DNA from: Methanocella sp.
GTDB lineage: Archaea > Thermoproteota > Bathyarchaeia > Bathyarchaeales > Bathycorpusculaceae
Reading direction: 5' to 3'
Length of the DNA: 64,000 bases
Assembly (NCBI GenBank): GCA_050261115.1
Contig: JBLNCY010000003.1
Coordinates: 1-64,000 of the forward strand
The notes beneath the pieces are model-generated. The model did not search any database and was not told the DNA's origin. It saw nothing but the letters and a program-made list of their open reading frames with translations. Positions 54,373 through 64,000 of the stretch are shown here, one piece after another. Positions within the stretch are counted from its first letter, which is position 1. Every line of letters starts with the position of its first letter. The translations under genes were made by a program, and so were the position numbers.

Positions 54373-56067
54373 CTATCTTAGCTGGATTGCAAACCAAGAG
54401 TTGAATCTTGGCCAGAAGAACAAGAGCCAGTTCCGATAGAAGAATCCTCTGACTGTGTCAAATGAGCGTTCTGGTGTTGGTTCAGGTGTTGCCGGTTCTG
54501 TCGGTGTTGGTTCCTCTGTTGGGGTAATGGTTGGTTCAGGGGTTTCTGTTGGGGTAGCTGTTGGTTCGGGTGTAGATGGAACTTGGGGTGCGCTTGGGCT
54601 CACTGGTTCTTCTGCTGGGGTTTGAGTTGGTTCGGGTGTGGCTTGTGTTTGGATTGGTGTCTCGGTTGGAGCTGGGGTAGCTACTTCGGTCGGTGTGGGT
54701 GCTGGAGCCTCGGTGGGTGCAGGTGTAGCGGGCGCAGTTGGAGCAGGAGTTTCAACCTGAACTGAGCCTGGTTTGTAGGCGTCGATTAATGCTTGTCCCA
54801 TAGCGTTTGGTTGGTATCCGCTGCTTAGCATTGTTTCGCCGGCGTAGACTGGACCTAGACCTGAATCGCTTAGCCAGTAGTATGCGCCTGCGCCAATACC
54901 TAAATCGTATTGTGCTCTTAGCAGATTTGTCCACCAGGTAACGTCTCTTTGTCTGTTTGATGAATATGATAGACATGAGCCCTCTTCGTTGACGACTAGT
55001 GGAGCGGTAACGCCCATGCTGTTTATTCCGGCTTGGAGTTGCGCTTTGATTCCTTCGTAGTCAGTTGCCCAGTAACTTGTTAAGTCGGTTGGTGCGTAGT
55101 AGTAGAGGTGGGTTGTGTAGACTAGGTTGGTTGCGCCTGGGATTGCGTCGGCGATTTGTTTGCACCAGTTTAGTGTGTTGCCGTATCCGTTGGGGAACCA
55201 GCCCATGCGCCATTGCATCATGATCAAGTGGTTTGAGCCTGTGCCGCGGATTGCCTCATACATAGTTTGTAGGTATGTTAGGAATCCTGCTGGGATGGGG
55301 TCAACGTCGCTGCCGAGGTTTGGTTCGTTCCACGCGTCAAAGATGACGTTTGGGTGATCCTTGAAGGTGATTGCCATGTCGCTCCAGAGCCATTTCCAGA
55401 AGCCGATTTCGTTGTTTGCATAGCCTGCGTCTGCTAGGAACCGGTTTGCTGGTTCGTCCCAGCCGCTTAATGGTAAGCCTTGCCAGCCGAAGTTGCTGGT
55501 TGCGTATTTGTCAAGGTCAAAGCTGCTTGCTGATGGTGTCAACGTGTATGGCACGAGGTCGACGTAGATGCCGTATTTGGCTGCTTCCGTTGCTAAGGTT
55601 TTTAGGTATTCTTTCATGCTGATTGGGTTTGTCATGTAGGTGTAGCTTGAGCTTTCCTGTGCAGGAACAATGTTGTCGCGGTAGTACCAGCTTGGGTAGA
55701 AAAAGACACGAATCATGTTGATGTGCCAAGTGTTCTTCATTACGTCGAATGTTTGAGCCATGATGGCTGGGTCTGTGTTCCATTGGACGCCCCAGTTGTC
55801 GCTGCTGCCTTGGCCCCATAGAATCATGTTTGGCGCAAAGCCCGCAAGGCCCATGCCCCTGAGGTAAACAGAGTTTCCGTCTGAATCAAGGATATAGGTT
55901 CCTGAGGTGTGGAGCGGGGAAGTTGTAGGTGCTGCCTGAACTGGTTGCATTGCAAGCACTGAAACCATGCTGATTAAGAACAGGGCGGTCATGCAGATAG
56001 CGATTGGCTTTGAGAGTTTCTTGGCGTTTAGGGTGTGGAGTGTCTTCTCTAATATGTTTGTGTTCAA
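54373..56067 (-). CDS. Secreted GH5 (cellulase-family) glycoside hydrolase with Pro/Thr/Glu-rich C-terminal linker
   Basis: Signal peptide, LHTSG..ILDSDG..V.LRG, NMIRV, WNEP (acid/base), HLY, VNEEG (nucleophile), PTE/PTP repeats. Confidence 0.88.
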   Translation of the reverse strand: MNTNILEKTLHTLNAKKLSKPIAICMTALFLISMVSVLAMQPVQAAPTTSPLHTSGTYILDSDGNSVYLRGMGLAGFAPNMILWGQGSSDNWGVQWNTDPAIMAQTFDVMKNTWHINMIRVFFYPSWYYRDNIVPAQESSSYTYMTNPISMKEYLKTLATEAAKYGIYVDLVPYTLTPSASSFDLDKYATSNFGWQGLPLSGWDEPANRFLADAGYANNEIGFWKWLWSDMAITFKDHPNVIFDAWNEPNLGSDVDPIPAGFLTYLQTMYEAIRGTGSNHLIMMQWRMGWFPNGYGNTLNWCKQIADAIPGATNLVYTTHLYYYAPTDLTSYWATDYEGIKAQLQAGINSMGVTAPLVVNEEGSCLSYSSNRQRDVTWWTNLLRAQYDLGIGAGAYYWLSDSGLGPVYAGETMLSSGYQPNAMGQALIDAYKPGSVQVETPAPTAPATPAPTEAPAPTPTEVATPAPTETPIQTQATPEPTQTPAEEPVSPSAPQVPSTPEPTATPTETPEPTITPTEEPTPTEPATPEPTPERSFDTVRGFFYRNWLLFFWPRFNSWFAIQLR

Positions 56068-56270
56068 TTTTCTCTCTCTCTTCCTGAATTTGAAAGCCTA
56101 CTTAGGATAGATCATTTTTATATTCTCTTGAAAATGTCGATTCACCGTTTTGCAAAGCACAATTCGCATAAAAAAACGCTACAAATTCAGGCAAAAAAGG
56201 ATCATAAAGCCTATTTTCCCGAAATACGCCTAAAAACCGGTTATTTATCAACCCGCCAGGGAAGCAACCA

Positions 56271-57386
56271 ATGACAAGCACAATCGGCGTCTTCTGCCCC
56301 ACACTCAACGTTTACGGCGGCGGAGAATTCGTCGCTATCGCCATCGCAAACACCCTCGCCCAACACCACCACAACGTAATCCTATTCTCAGCAAATATAA
56401 TCAACCCCACAGCAATCAAAAACTACTTCGGGGAAACCATCCACCACAACATCCAAACAATCCAGCAACCAACCCACTTCGCCCCCCGCAGCTTACCCGA
56501 CTTCTACCAAACAATCATCCACTCATACACCGCAAAAAACCGCTGCCACATCTTCATCGATGCCTTCTCAAATTGTGTATATCCCTGGACAGACATAACC
56601 TACATCCACTTCCCTTACCTCAACCGATTCAGCTTCAAAGCAAACTTCCCTTACCTTAAGCGGCCACGCTTCACTCAAGCCGGCACACTGCCACACGTAA
56701 TTCTTGAAAGAAACCTGATAGATTACGATAAGCGGCTGGTTCTAGCCAACAGCCAATACACAGCAAACGAAATCACAAGATACTCAAACAAGAAATCACA
56801 AGTTCTTTACCCACCATTCCCATCCACCATTACACAAACCAAAAACTTCGCTAAAAACTCTGAAAAGTTGGTTGTGACGGTTTCACGGTTAGACGCCAAC
56901 AAACTCTTAGAGAAGATACCTAAGATCGCCGTGCAAACAAGCACAGATATAAAATTCGCCGTCATCGGACGACTCTGCAGCCAATCCACCCTTGACTACC
57001 TAGAGACGCTCGTGAAACGGCAGGGTTTGGATGATCGCATAAAGTTTTATCCTAACGCTTCAGCTGAACTAAAGGCGGATTTACTAAAACGGGCGAAGGT
57101 TTATCTGCACACGATGGAAGGTGAACACTTCGGCATTTCTATCGCAGAGGCTATGGCGTTTGGTTGCATCCCGGTTGTTCATGACTCGGGCGGCATGAAG
57201 GAATTCGTTCCAGAACCGAACCGCTATGTCAATATTGAGCAAGCAGCAGAAAAGGTCGTTGAAGAAATAAGCAGCTGGACACCTGCGAAAAGTAGAGAAA
57301 CCACTGAATCAGTCACACAATTTTCGCTTGAGAACTTTTCTGAGAAATTCATGGATATCTTTCACAGGCATTTTGGGGGCGCTTAG
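56271..57386 (+). CDS. GT4 glycosyltransferase (ALG11-like)
   Basis: [34 protein letters not shown]. Confidence 0.9.
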   Translation: MTSTIGVFCPTLNVYGGGEFVAIAIANTLAQHHHNVILFSANIINPTAIKNYFGETIHHNIQTIQQPTHFAPRSLPDFYQTIIHSYTAKNRCHIFIDAFSNCVYPWTDITYIHFPYLNRFSFKANFPYLKRPRFTQAGTLPHVILERNLIDYDKRLVLANSQYTANEITRYSNKKSQVLYPPFPSTITQTKNFAKNSEKLVVTVSRLDANKLLEKIPKIAVQTSTDIKFAVIGRLCSQSTLDYLETLVKRQGLDDRIKFYPNASAELKADLLKRAKVYLHTMEGEHFGISIAEAMAFGCIPVVHDSGGMKEFVPEPNRYVNIEQAAEKVVEEISSWTPAKSRETTESVTQFSLENFSEKFMDIFHRHFGGA

Positions 57387-57387
57387 G

Positions 57388-58041
57388 TTGAATTGGTCAT
57401 TAATCAGAGAATACAGAATTGGCCCAAGAACACTCTATAAGAGTTATAGAGTATCCAGAAAGACACGGGGCGCCCAATCATCGCCCTCCGCGTTACTTAT
57501 CGACGGAAAAACTGACATCTACTTGGAGAAAACAGCTAAAATCATCAACAGTGGCTACTTGACTCTGGGTATAGTTAACCGCGATTTCTATCCCGTGGCT
57601 AGACCCACGCGGCTTGCGATGGCTAAGGGTAGCACTCTTAAAATCAACGGAAACGTCCGCATGGGCGGCGGCGTGATGCTGGAGATATTCAAAGACGCTA
57701 CAATCGAGTTAGGGAAGAATGTTGTTGTAAACTCTAACACGGCGTTCTTGGCAACAACCAAAATCACTGTAGGTGACCACACCAGCATATCCTGGGATGT
57801 TGAAATAATCGATTCAGACTTCCATCAACTATCGAAACCTGGAGCTGCATTGGCGGCGCCCATAAACATCGGTAACCATGTCCTTGTCGGGAACCGCGCC
57901 ATCATCATGAAAGGTGTAACAATCGGTGATGGAGCAATCATAGCCGCAGGTGCCGTAGTAACAAAGGATGTACCCCCAAACTGCTTAGCGGGTGGCGTAC
58001 CGGCAAAAGTAATTAGAGAAAACGTCGCTTGGATTTCGTAG
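57388..58041 (+). CDS. Hexapeptide-repeat O-acyltransferase
   Basis: [29 protein letters not shown]...[11 protein letters not shown] 57388 preferred. Confidence 0.9.
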   Translation: MNWSLIREYRIGPRTLYKSYRVSRKTRGAQSSPSALLIDGKTDIYLEKTAKIINSGYLTLGIVNRDFYPVARPTRLAMAKGSTLKINGNVRMGGGVMLEIFKDATIELGKNVVVNSNTAFLATTKITVGDHTSISWDVEIIDSDFHQLSKPGAALAAPINIGNHVLVGNRAIIMKGVTIGDGAIIAAGAVVTKDVPPNCLAGGVPAKVIRENVAWIS

Positions 58042-58065
58042 CTAATAGTTTTTGAGTGAATACGT

Positions 58066-59256
58066 TTGCATGTCTGTCACGTTTGGGAAAGGTTCTGGCC
58101 CATCGATATAGGTGGCTTAGAACGCTACATACTCTGGCTAAGCAGTTACCTAGCCAAAAAGGAAGCCATAGAATTCTCCCTCATAACGGGCCGGACAAAA
58201 ATTCTACTTCTAACTAAAAATATCAATAAATTCGAAGACTCAGGCTTCCTTAAAGTCCACCGCTTGGGGCCCTCACCAGCCGATATAATTAACGGCTTCT
58301 GCATGTACACTCTGGGGTTCACGCCAAAACTCGTCGATAAAATGAAGTTTGCAGGCCTCTACCGAGAAGCCGTTGGATTAAAAATGGCCAAGACCGCCGA
58401 CGTCTTTCACATCCACGGGATATGGCGGGACCTAGAATACATCAAACTCGGCATTAGCCTAAGCAGACATTACAAAAAGCCGTTGGTGGTTACGTTGCAT
58501 GGCGGGTACGTCGGTGACCCTCTGCATGGTGGTATGCCGTTGGAGTCGACTCAAGTGCGAGATATTTTGGAGAATGATGCTACCGCCATCACCACATACT
58601 CCAAAGAAATCCTGAGCACTCTTGAAAAAATGGGTTTAGGCTATAAAAGCCACTTAGTCACAAACTTTGTTGATACCCCCCAATTCAGAAAACCCGCCCA
58701 GTCACCCAAGCATGACGTCACAGTCGTCTATGTAGGTAGGCTTGAACCAGTCCAGACCCCCGGCTTAGTGGTTGAGGCATTCAAAAAAGTCAATGATAGA
58801 TTTCCCAACGCTAAACTCATCATCGTCGGATACGGTAGACTGTTTGAGCCGCTAAAGCTGCAAATCAAAAGGCTGAATCTCGAGGATGCGGTGACACTAA
58901 CAGGTAAACAGACTGACGTGCGAAAATATCTCTGGCAAAGCGACGTTTTTGTAGCTACCAACTTTGGTTATATCGCAATGTTGGAGGCGTGGGCTGCTGG
59001 GCTTGCGGTTGTGGCGCCAAACTTTGGGGTTCTAAAGGAGACTGTTAGCGATCGGTATAGCGGCTTGCTTTTTGAACCCAATAACGCCATGGATTTGGCG
59101 GATAAGTTGACATTAGCCATAGAAGATGCTTGGCTTAGAGAGCAGATGATTGCAAACGGCGCTCAGACCGTGCAAGGGTATGATATCCGTGCAGTGGCAC
59201 CAAAGATGTCAGAGATTTACCGTGAAGTCACCGAAAAAAGTAACATAACGTTTTAG
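58066..59256 (+). CDS. GT4 glycosyltransferase
   Basis: GGLE, HIHG, VVTLHG, YVGRL, LEAWAAG. Confidence 0.9.
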   Translation: MHVCHVWERFWPIDIGGLERYILWLSSYLAKKEAIEFSLITGRTKILLLTKNINKFEDSGFLKVHRLGPSPADIINGFCMYTLGFTPKLVDKMKFAGLYREAVGLKMAKTADVFHIHGIWRDLEYIKLGISLSRHYKKPLVVTLHGGYVGDPLHGGMPLESTQVRDILENDATAITTYSKEILSTLEKMGLGYKSHLVTNFVDTPQFRKPAQSPKHDVTVVYVGRLEPVQTPGLVVEAFKKVNDRFPNAKLIIVGYGRLFEPLKLQIKRLNLEDAVTLTGKQTDVRKYLWQSDVFVATNFGYIAMLEAWAAGLAVVAPNFGVLKETVSDRYSGLLFEPNNAMDLADKLTLAIEDAWLREQMIANGAQTVQGYDIRAVAPKMSEIYREVTEKSNITF

Positions 59257-59265
59257 GGACCAGAC

Positions 59266-61368
59266 ATGAATATCAACCAGAACTATTTATCACAGCACTT
59301 TCTCGCCATAGTTGTCATATTGCAAATTATAATGTATGCTACGTTGTTTCTCGATTTACCCCTTGCAAGAGCAGCAATAGGCATCGCGTATCTAACGTTT
59401 ATTCCCGGTTATGTTCTAATCAAACTTTTGCGGCTCGATAGCCTCAACCCATGGGAAACAGTAGTTTACTCAGTAGGGTTTAGCATAGCTTTCTTAATGT
59501 TATGTGGTTTAGTGATCAACGAGTTTGGGCCTTTATTTGGGGTAACTTTTCCGCTCTCAATTCTGCCCCTGTCACTGTTTATCAACACGGCGGTTTTGGT
59601 GGGTGCCGCAGGTGCGCATATTACTAGAGGCAAACACACAAAATCCATGCAGAAACAAAGCATCAGCTTCACCTTGCCGATGTTGCTGCTTGCCCTGATT
59701 CCAATTCTGAGCATAGCTGGAGCATACTATGTAGAAGCGACGGGTAACAACACGATCCTGCTTTTTATGATACTTGCCATTGCAGGCTTATTCACCACAG
59801 CTGTCCTAAGTGATCGATCGACAAAGATTTACCCGTTTGCCATCCTCATGATCGCCCTTGCATTACTTTTGCATGTTTCCTTAATGTCAAACTATATCTT
59901 ACCCTACGGTGGTGACTCACCTGTAGAAATGTATGTTTTCCAGAACACCCAACAGAGCGGATACTGGAATTCTACTTTTGCGTTTATCTCAGATGAAGCC
60001 TACGGCCGATATAACGCGATGCTAAGCATCACTGTGTTGCCCACGATTTACTCGAACATGCTAAGTATAGATCCAACGTGGGTTTACAAGGTAATTTACC
60101 CCTTGATTTTTGCGTTGGTGCCTGTGGGGTTGTATCTGCTCTGGCAGCCCTACATCGGCAAGAAACTCGGCTTCATAGCGGCCTTTATGTTTGTTGCGCA
60201 GTCCACTTTCTTTACTGAAATGATTGCGCTTAACCGCCAAATGATAGGCGAGCTCTTCTTTGTGCTGCTCCTGTTAACCATTTTGAATAAGGGCGTTAAG
60301 CGAGGCGGCAGGTTTGTCGCCTTTGCCATCTTTAGCTTCGGCTTGATCTTTTCGCATTATGCGCTGGCAGAAATCTTTCTCTTCTTGATCTTCGCCGCTT
60401 GGGTTACCTCTACTTTGTACTTGAAGCGGCCAAGCTTCAATCTGCAACTTAGCATGATTATCTTTTTCTTTGTAGCCATGTTCCTTTGGTACATTTACGC
60501 TTCAGGTGCCGTCGTCTTTGATAGTTTCATGTCCTTCACCGGCTACATAAGTGCCCAGTTAGAGAACTTTTTTGACCCCGCCTCCAGAGGCACCACAGTT
60601 CTTGCTGGTTTAGGGCTTGCTGAGTCGCCCTCTTTTCTGAACACGATTAGCCGCGGCTTCGCATACCTTACAGAATTATTCATTGTACTGGGGGTTATAG
60701 CGATAGTTGCAAAAAAGACTCCCTTCCGGTTCGAACGTGACTACACTGTCTTTAGTGTCGTGACTGTTGTTTTTCTTGTGTTCCTGACACTTATTCCGGG
60801 GTTAGCTAATGCTTTGTCCATGACGCGGTTCTACCATATTCTCCTGATGATCCTGGCTCCCTTCTGCGCGGTTGGCATGTGGAAGGCCGCGGAATACCTC
60901 GCTAAGCGTCGCAGACAAGTGCTATTTACGGTGCTTGTGGTGGGCGTGCTTGTTCCATATTTTCTGTTTCAGACTAACTTTATTTACGAGGTTGCCGGAA
61001 CGGAGAGCTGGTCGATTCCGCTGAGTGGTTATCGCATGGATCCCACGCAGCTCTATGGTTCGTTTGGTTTTCTTGAGGCCTATAGCGTGCATGGTGCGAC
61101 TTGGGTTTCCCAGTACGTGCCCTATGAGTATAATCTTGTTGCTGATAACGGATTGTTCACTGCTTTGCCGGCTTATGGCCTTGTTTACCGTGGTTACCTG
61201 ATGCCGCTTTCTAACGAGACTAACCTTGAGCAGGGGCAGTTTGCCTACTTAAGCTACATTAGCATAAACTATGAGCCCGAAACCTCTAATGGGACGATCC
61301 CAAGAGTGCTAAACCAAACCAGCATAGTTTACTCAAACGGCGGCAGCGAAGTCTACTATAAACCCTGA
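59266..61368 (+). CDS. DUF2206-like polytopic membrane protein
   Basis: 700 aa with many TMs; FIPG...SVGFSI, G.D...E loop, SITVLPTIYS, RQMIGELF, FSHY, RFYHI, IVYSNG.SEVY. Confidence 0.8.
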   Translation: MNINQNYLSQHFLAIVVILQIIMYATLFLDLPLARAAIGIAYLTFIPGYVLIKLLRLDSLNPWETVVYSVGFSIAFLMLCGLVINEFGPLFGVTFPLSILPLSLFINTAVLVGAAGAHITRGKHTKSMQKQSISFTLPMLLLALIPILSIAGAYYVEATGNNTILLFMILAIAGLFTTAVLSDRSTKIYPFAILMIALALLLHVSLMSNYILPYGGDSPVEMYVFQNTQQSGYWNSTFAFISDEAYGRYNAMLSITVLPTIYSNMLSIDPTWVYKVIYPLIFALVPVGLYLLWQPYIGKKLGFIAAFMFVAQSTFFTEMIALNRQMIGELFFVLLLLTILNKGVKRGGRFVAFAIFSFGLIFSHYALAEIFLFLIFAAWVTSTLYLKRPSFNLQLSMIIFFFVAMFLWYIYASGAVVFDSFMSFTGYISAQLENFFDPASRGTTVLAGLGLAESPSFLNTISRGFAYLTELFIVLGVIAIVAKKTPFRFERDYTVFSVVTVVFLVFLTLIPGLANALSMTRFYHILLMILAPFCAVGMWKAAEYLAKRRRQVLFTVLVVGVLVPYFLFQTNFIYEVAGTESWSIPLSGYRMDPTQLYGSFGFLEAYSVHGATWVSQYVPYEYNLVADNGLFTALPAYGLVYRGYLMPLSNETNLEQGQFAYLSYISINYEPETSNGTIPRVLNQTSIVYSNGGSEVYYKP

Positions 61369-61381
61369 TTGCAAACCAGCG

Positions 61382-61418
61382 CTGTCTCTCCGCAGAGATC
61401 CCCTCCCTTATATATAGA
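61382..61418 (+). repeat. Dispersed intergenic TATA-core element, copy 5 (left half only)
   Basis: CTGTCTCTCCGCAGAGATCCCCTCCCTTATATATAGA. Confidence 0.65.
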
Positions 61419-61509
61419 AAAGTCCTAAACCTCAGCTTTATCGTTTGACATACTTTAGAAGCGCCCGGCAACCAAACTCGCAGCAGATAAATTTCATCGG
61501 AGGTCGCGC

Positions 61510-62199
61510 ATGCCGAGGACACTTCTCAGAGTACTCAACGATGACAAAATCGAATCCATCGTAAAATGGCACTTCATCGACAGATTCTTCTTTTGGATAC
61601 CCCGCTTAAAACTCAAAAACAAGACCTTCTCGATAATTGGCAATAACTGCTTTGCGGGCGGCATATACCACAAATTCGGGCTCCAATACAGTACCCCCAC
61701 AATCTGGACCTACATCTTCCCCGACGACTACCTCCGCCTTCTAGAAGACCTCAATTGGTACCTAAAGCAACCCTTAATATTCACCGCCAAAACCGGCCAC
61801 GAAATGGCGCATAGGCACTTTGCATCAACTGGTCGCCGTTACCCCATCGGCGTCTTGGGCGGCGATGTAGAAATCCACTTTATGCATTACTACACCGAAG
61901 CGGAAGCCCAAGAGAAATGGCAAAGACGACTCAAGCGTCTAAACCGTGAAAACCTTTTTGTCCTTTTCTCTGATGGGGAGGAATACCGCAAGGAGCACCT
62001 TGCCCGATTTGAAAAGCTCCCCTATAGGCACAAAATCTTTTTTTCCTCAAAACCTCAGCCGAACTCCCGCTGCACCGTTTTCATCCCCGACTATCACGGC
62101 GAAGTGCACGTTTATGATTCCACCCGTAACCGGCGATACGAAAAATACCTTGACTTAGTTAAGTGGCTAAACGGTGAGGAAGACTACCTTAAACAGTAG
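61510..62199 (+). CDS. DUF1919-family exopolysaccharide biosynthesis protein
   Basis: FSIIGNNCFAGGIYH..GL.Y.TPT, YPIG.L.DVEIHFMHY, A..KW.RR..R. Confidence 0.88.
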   Translation: MPRTLLRVLNDDKIESIVKWHFIDRFFFWIPRLKLKNKTFSIIGNNCFAGGIYHKFGLQYSTPTIWTYIFPDDYLRLLEDLNWYLKQPLIFTAKTGHEMAHRHFASTGRRYPIGVLGGDVEIHFMHYYTEAEAQEKWQRRLKRLNRENLFVLFSDGEEYRKEHLARFEKLPYRHKIFFSSKPQPNSRCTVFIPDYHGEVHVYDSTRNRRYEKYLDLVKWLNGEEDYLKQ

Positions 62200-62208
62200 G
62201 AGCAAAAA

Positions 62209-63258
62209 ATGGATACAGACATATCGTCACAACCCTGGGTTACGGTAGTTATCCCTACCTACAAACGCGCCGGCATACTGTGCCAGATACTGCGGGCTTT
62301 TGAGCAGCAAACTTTTCGAGATTTTGACTTGGTGGTTGTGGTTAAGCCCTCAGGCGACGGCACCGAGGCGCTGCTGGAAGAGGCAGCACAAAAAATCAAG
62401 GTTAAAATGGTCAAGCAGACAGCAGGGCATATCGTTGACGCCTACTTTCTGGGTGTTAAGCATTCAACCGGCGACATAGTTGCTTTTCTTGATGACGACG
62501 CAATCCCCGCCCCTGACTGGCTTGAGCAAACCGTGAGGTTGTTCCAGACGCATGAAATCGCCGGCGTTACAGGCGACTCCTTTCCTGTGCTGCTAAACGG
62601 CGACGCATACCAAATCATAGAGGAACCCGAAGCACCCACTAGCTACACTCGCTTCGACTTTGCCCTGTTTGGTCGTCCGCTTAGGGGGCTTGAAGATTAC
62701 AAAAACTGCATCGCCAACTCCGGCCTAGTTTACGAACGCGGCAACAACGCCTACTGGCGTAAACGTGGAGCCACAAAAGCGCTGCTTAGAGGGCCTTCGA
62801 TGGCGGTGTCGGGCGGGTTGCTTCGGAGCATTGACTTGCGTGGGGAGTGGATTTTGGGTTGCGCTTGGGAGATGGTCTTGGGTTGGCATATTTGGCGGCG
62901 GGGGCTAAAGATGATTTATAGCCCAAACGTCAAGGTCTACCATATTGTTCATGGCCGAACTTCCAGTCGAGACTTCTTGGCGCCACGTACCGATCTTTTG
63001 TGGGCGGTTGAGGCTGAACTTCTATTCTACCGCCTCTACCCTGAGGAACCCCAGCTTTCGCTGATAAGCAAGCTCGAGTCGGATCTGTTGCGTGTTTTGC
63101 ACAGCTTGAAGTATATGCGCTCTAATTTGCCCTATAACCTAAGTAAGGTAGCGGGTATCTTTCTGGGTAACGTGATAGGTGCGAAATGGCTTATCTACAA
63201 GTTGATGGGTGCTTCGTATTCGCCCCTTGTTGATTTAGGTAGATTCCGCAGAAAATAG
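62209..63258 (+). CDS. GT2 glycosyltransferase
   Basis: VVIPTYKR, GDIVAFLDDDA. Confidence 0.88.
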   Translation: MDTDISSQPWVTVVIPTYKRAGILCQILRAFEQQTFRDFDLVVVVKPSGDGTEALLEEAAQKIKVKMVKQTAGHIVDAYFLGVKHSTGDIVAFLDDDAIPAPDWLEQTVRLFQTHEIAGVTGDSFPVLLNGDAYQIIEEPEAPTSYTRFDFALFGRPLRGLEDYKNCIANSGLVYERGNNAYWRKRGATKALLRGPSMAVSGGLLRSIDLRGEWILGCAWEMVLGWHIWRRGLKMIYSPNVKVYHIVHGRTSSRDFLAPRTDLLWAVEAELLFYRLYPEEPQLSLISKLESDLLRVLHSLKYMRSNLPYNLSKVAGIFLGNVIGAKWLIYKLMGASYSPLVDLGRFRRK

Positions 63259-63266
63259 AGGAATCC

Positions 63267-64000
63267 ATGTTGTCTGCCCCTCTTGTTTCTATTGTTATTC
63301 TAAACTTCAACGGTAAAGATTACCTAAGAAAATGCTTAGAGTCTGTGTTATCAAGCGAATACCCCAATTTTGAGGTCATACTGGTAGATAACGCCTCAAC
63401 AGATGACAGTCTGAAAAACGCAGAAGCCCTCTTTGGCAGTAACCCCAAAATAAAAATCATAAAAAACAAAGAAAACCTTGGCTTCAGCGGCGGTAACAAC
63501 GTCGGCTTAAAACAGTGCAGCGGACAATACACCGTATTCCTAAACAACGACACCACCGTGGACCCTCAGTGGCTGACTCACTTGGTTGAGGCACTTGAAA
63601 ATGACCCTACGATTGGCATAGCACAGAGCCTGATTTGCAGCATAGACGGCGAAAAAGTTCAGACAGCCGGCTGGCTGTACGGTAATTACCTGCTCAAAAA
63701 ATATGCTCTCTTTATGGATAAGCCGAGCCGCATGGTGTTTAAGCCAAAATTTGAGGTATCATTTGTTTGTGGCGCCACAATGATTGTCCATCGAGATATC
63801 CTGAAACATATGGGTGCCTTTGACCCGTCTATCCCTTACTTTTACGATGACACGCTGCTCTCCTTGAAAGCATTGATGGCAGGCAAAAAAGTGGTCACTG
63901 TTCCAGCCTCAAAAACTTTCCATGTGGGCGGCGCCACGAAAGTATGGCAAACTAGGTTTACAACATTCCATTTGCTTAAAGCCAATTTGGCTTTGCTGTT
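63267..64000 (+). CDS. GT2 glycosyltransferase, truncated by the window edge (absent from ORF track)
   Basis: ATG 63267: MLSAPLVSIVILNFNGKDYLRKCLESV...VDNASTDDS...NLGFSGGNN...FLNNDT. Confidence 0.9.
   Translation, partial: MLSAPLVSIVILNFNGKDYLRKCLESVLSSEYPNFEVILVDNASTDDSLKNAEALFGSNPKIKIIKNKENLGFSGGNNVGLKQCSGQYTVFLNNDTTVDPQWLTHLVEALENDPTIGIAQSLICSIDGEKVQTAGWLYGNYLLKKYALFMDKPSRMVFKPKFEVSFVCGATMIVHRDILKHMGAFDPSIPYFYDDTLLSLKALMAGKKVVTVPASKTFHVGGATKVWQTRFTTFHLLKANLALL

Noticed and set aside
5274-61418. The dispersed repeat as a CRISPR array or ORB/replication origin
   Set aside because: Copies are kilobases apart with no repeat-spacer periodicity. They lack the TCCA..GGAA ORB core despite a G-run, and there is no cdc6/orc1 or cas gene in the window.

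Overview
Archaeal chromosomal window. Gene content and style point to a TACK archaeon, probably Bathyarchaeia (inference): a CdvB-CdvA-CdvB-CdvC/Vps4 cluster, ApgM, a beta-CASP RNase, and DUF2206/DUF1616 glycosylation-island genes. The left end (1-4.1 kb) and right third (42-64 kb) are surface-glycan biosynthesis loci; the middle holds housekeeping and transport genes. I saw no rRNA, tRNA, CRISPR array or intact transposase. Main observations: (1) a translationally coupled operon of three unannotated, mutually related helix + beta-strand proteins (11749-13705) that look like a DUF2589/Trypco-style oligomer or pore system; (2) a dispersed ~45-65 bp intergenic element with a TATA-like core and inverted-repeat flanks, five copies in both orientations; (3) a stand-alone Rpo5 with a eukaryote-RPB5-like N-terminal domain; (4) a clear TPP riboswitch overlapping the RBS of an ECF thiamine S-component; (5) a 4xCBS-HPF/RaiA fusion, a candidate ribosome hibernation factor; (6) kb-scale sawtooth A+C versus G+T strand skew. 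All family calls come from motif recognition by eye; no searches were run.
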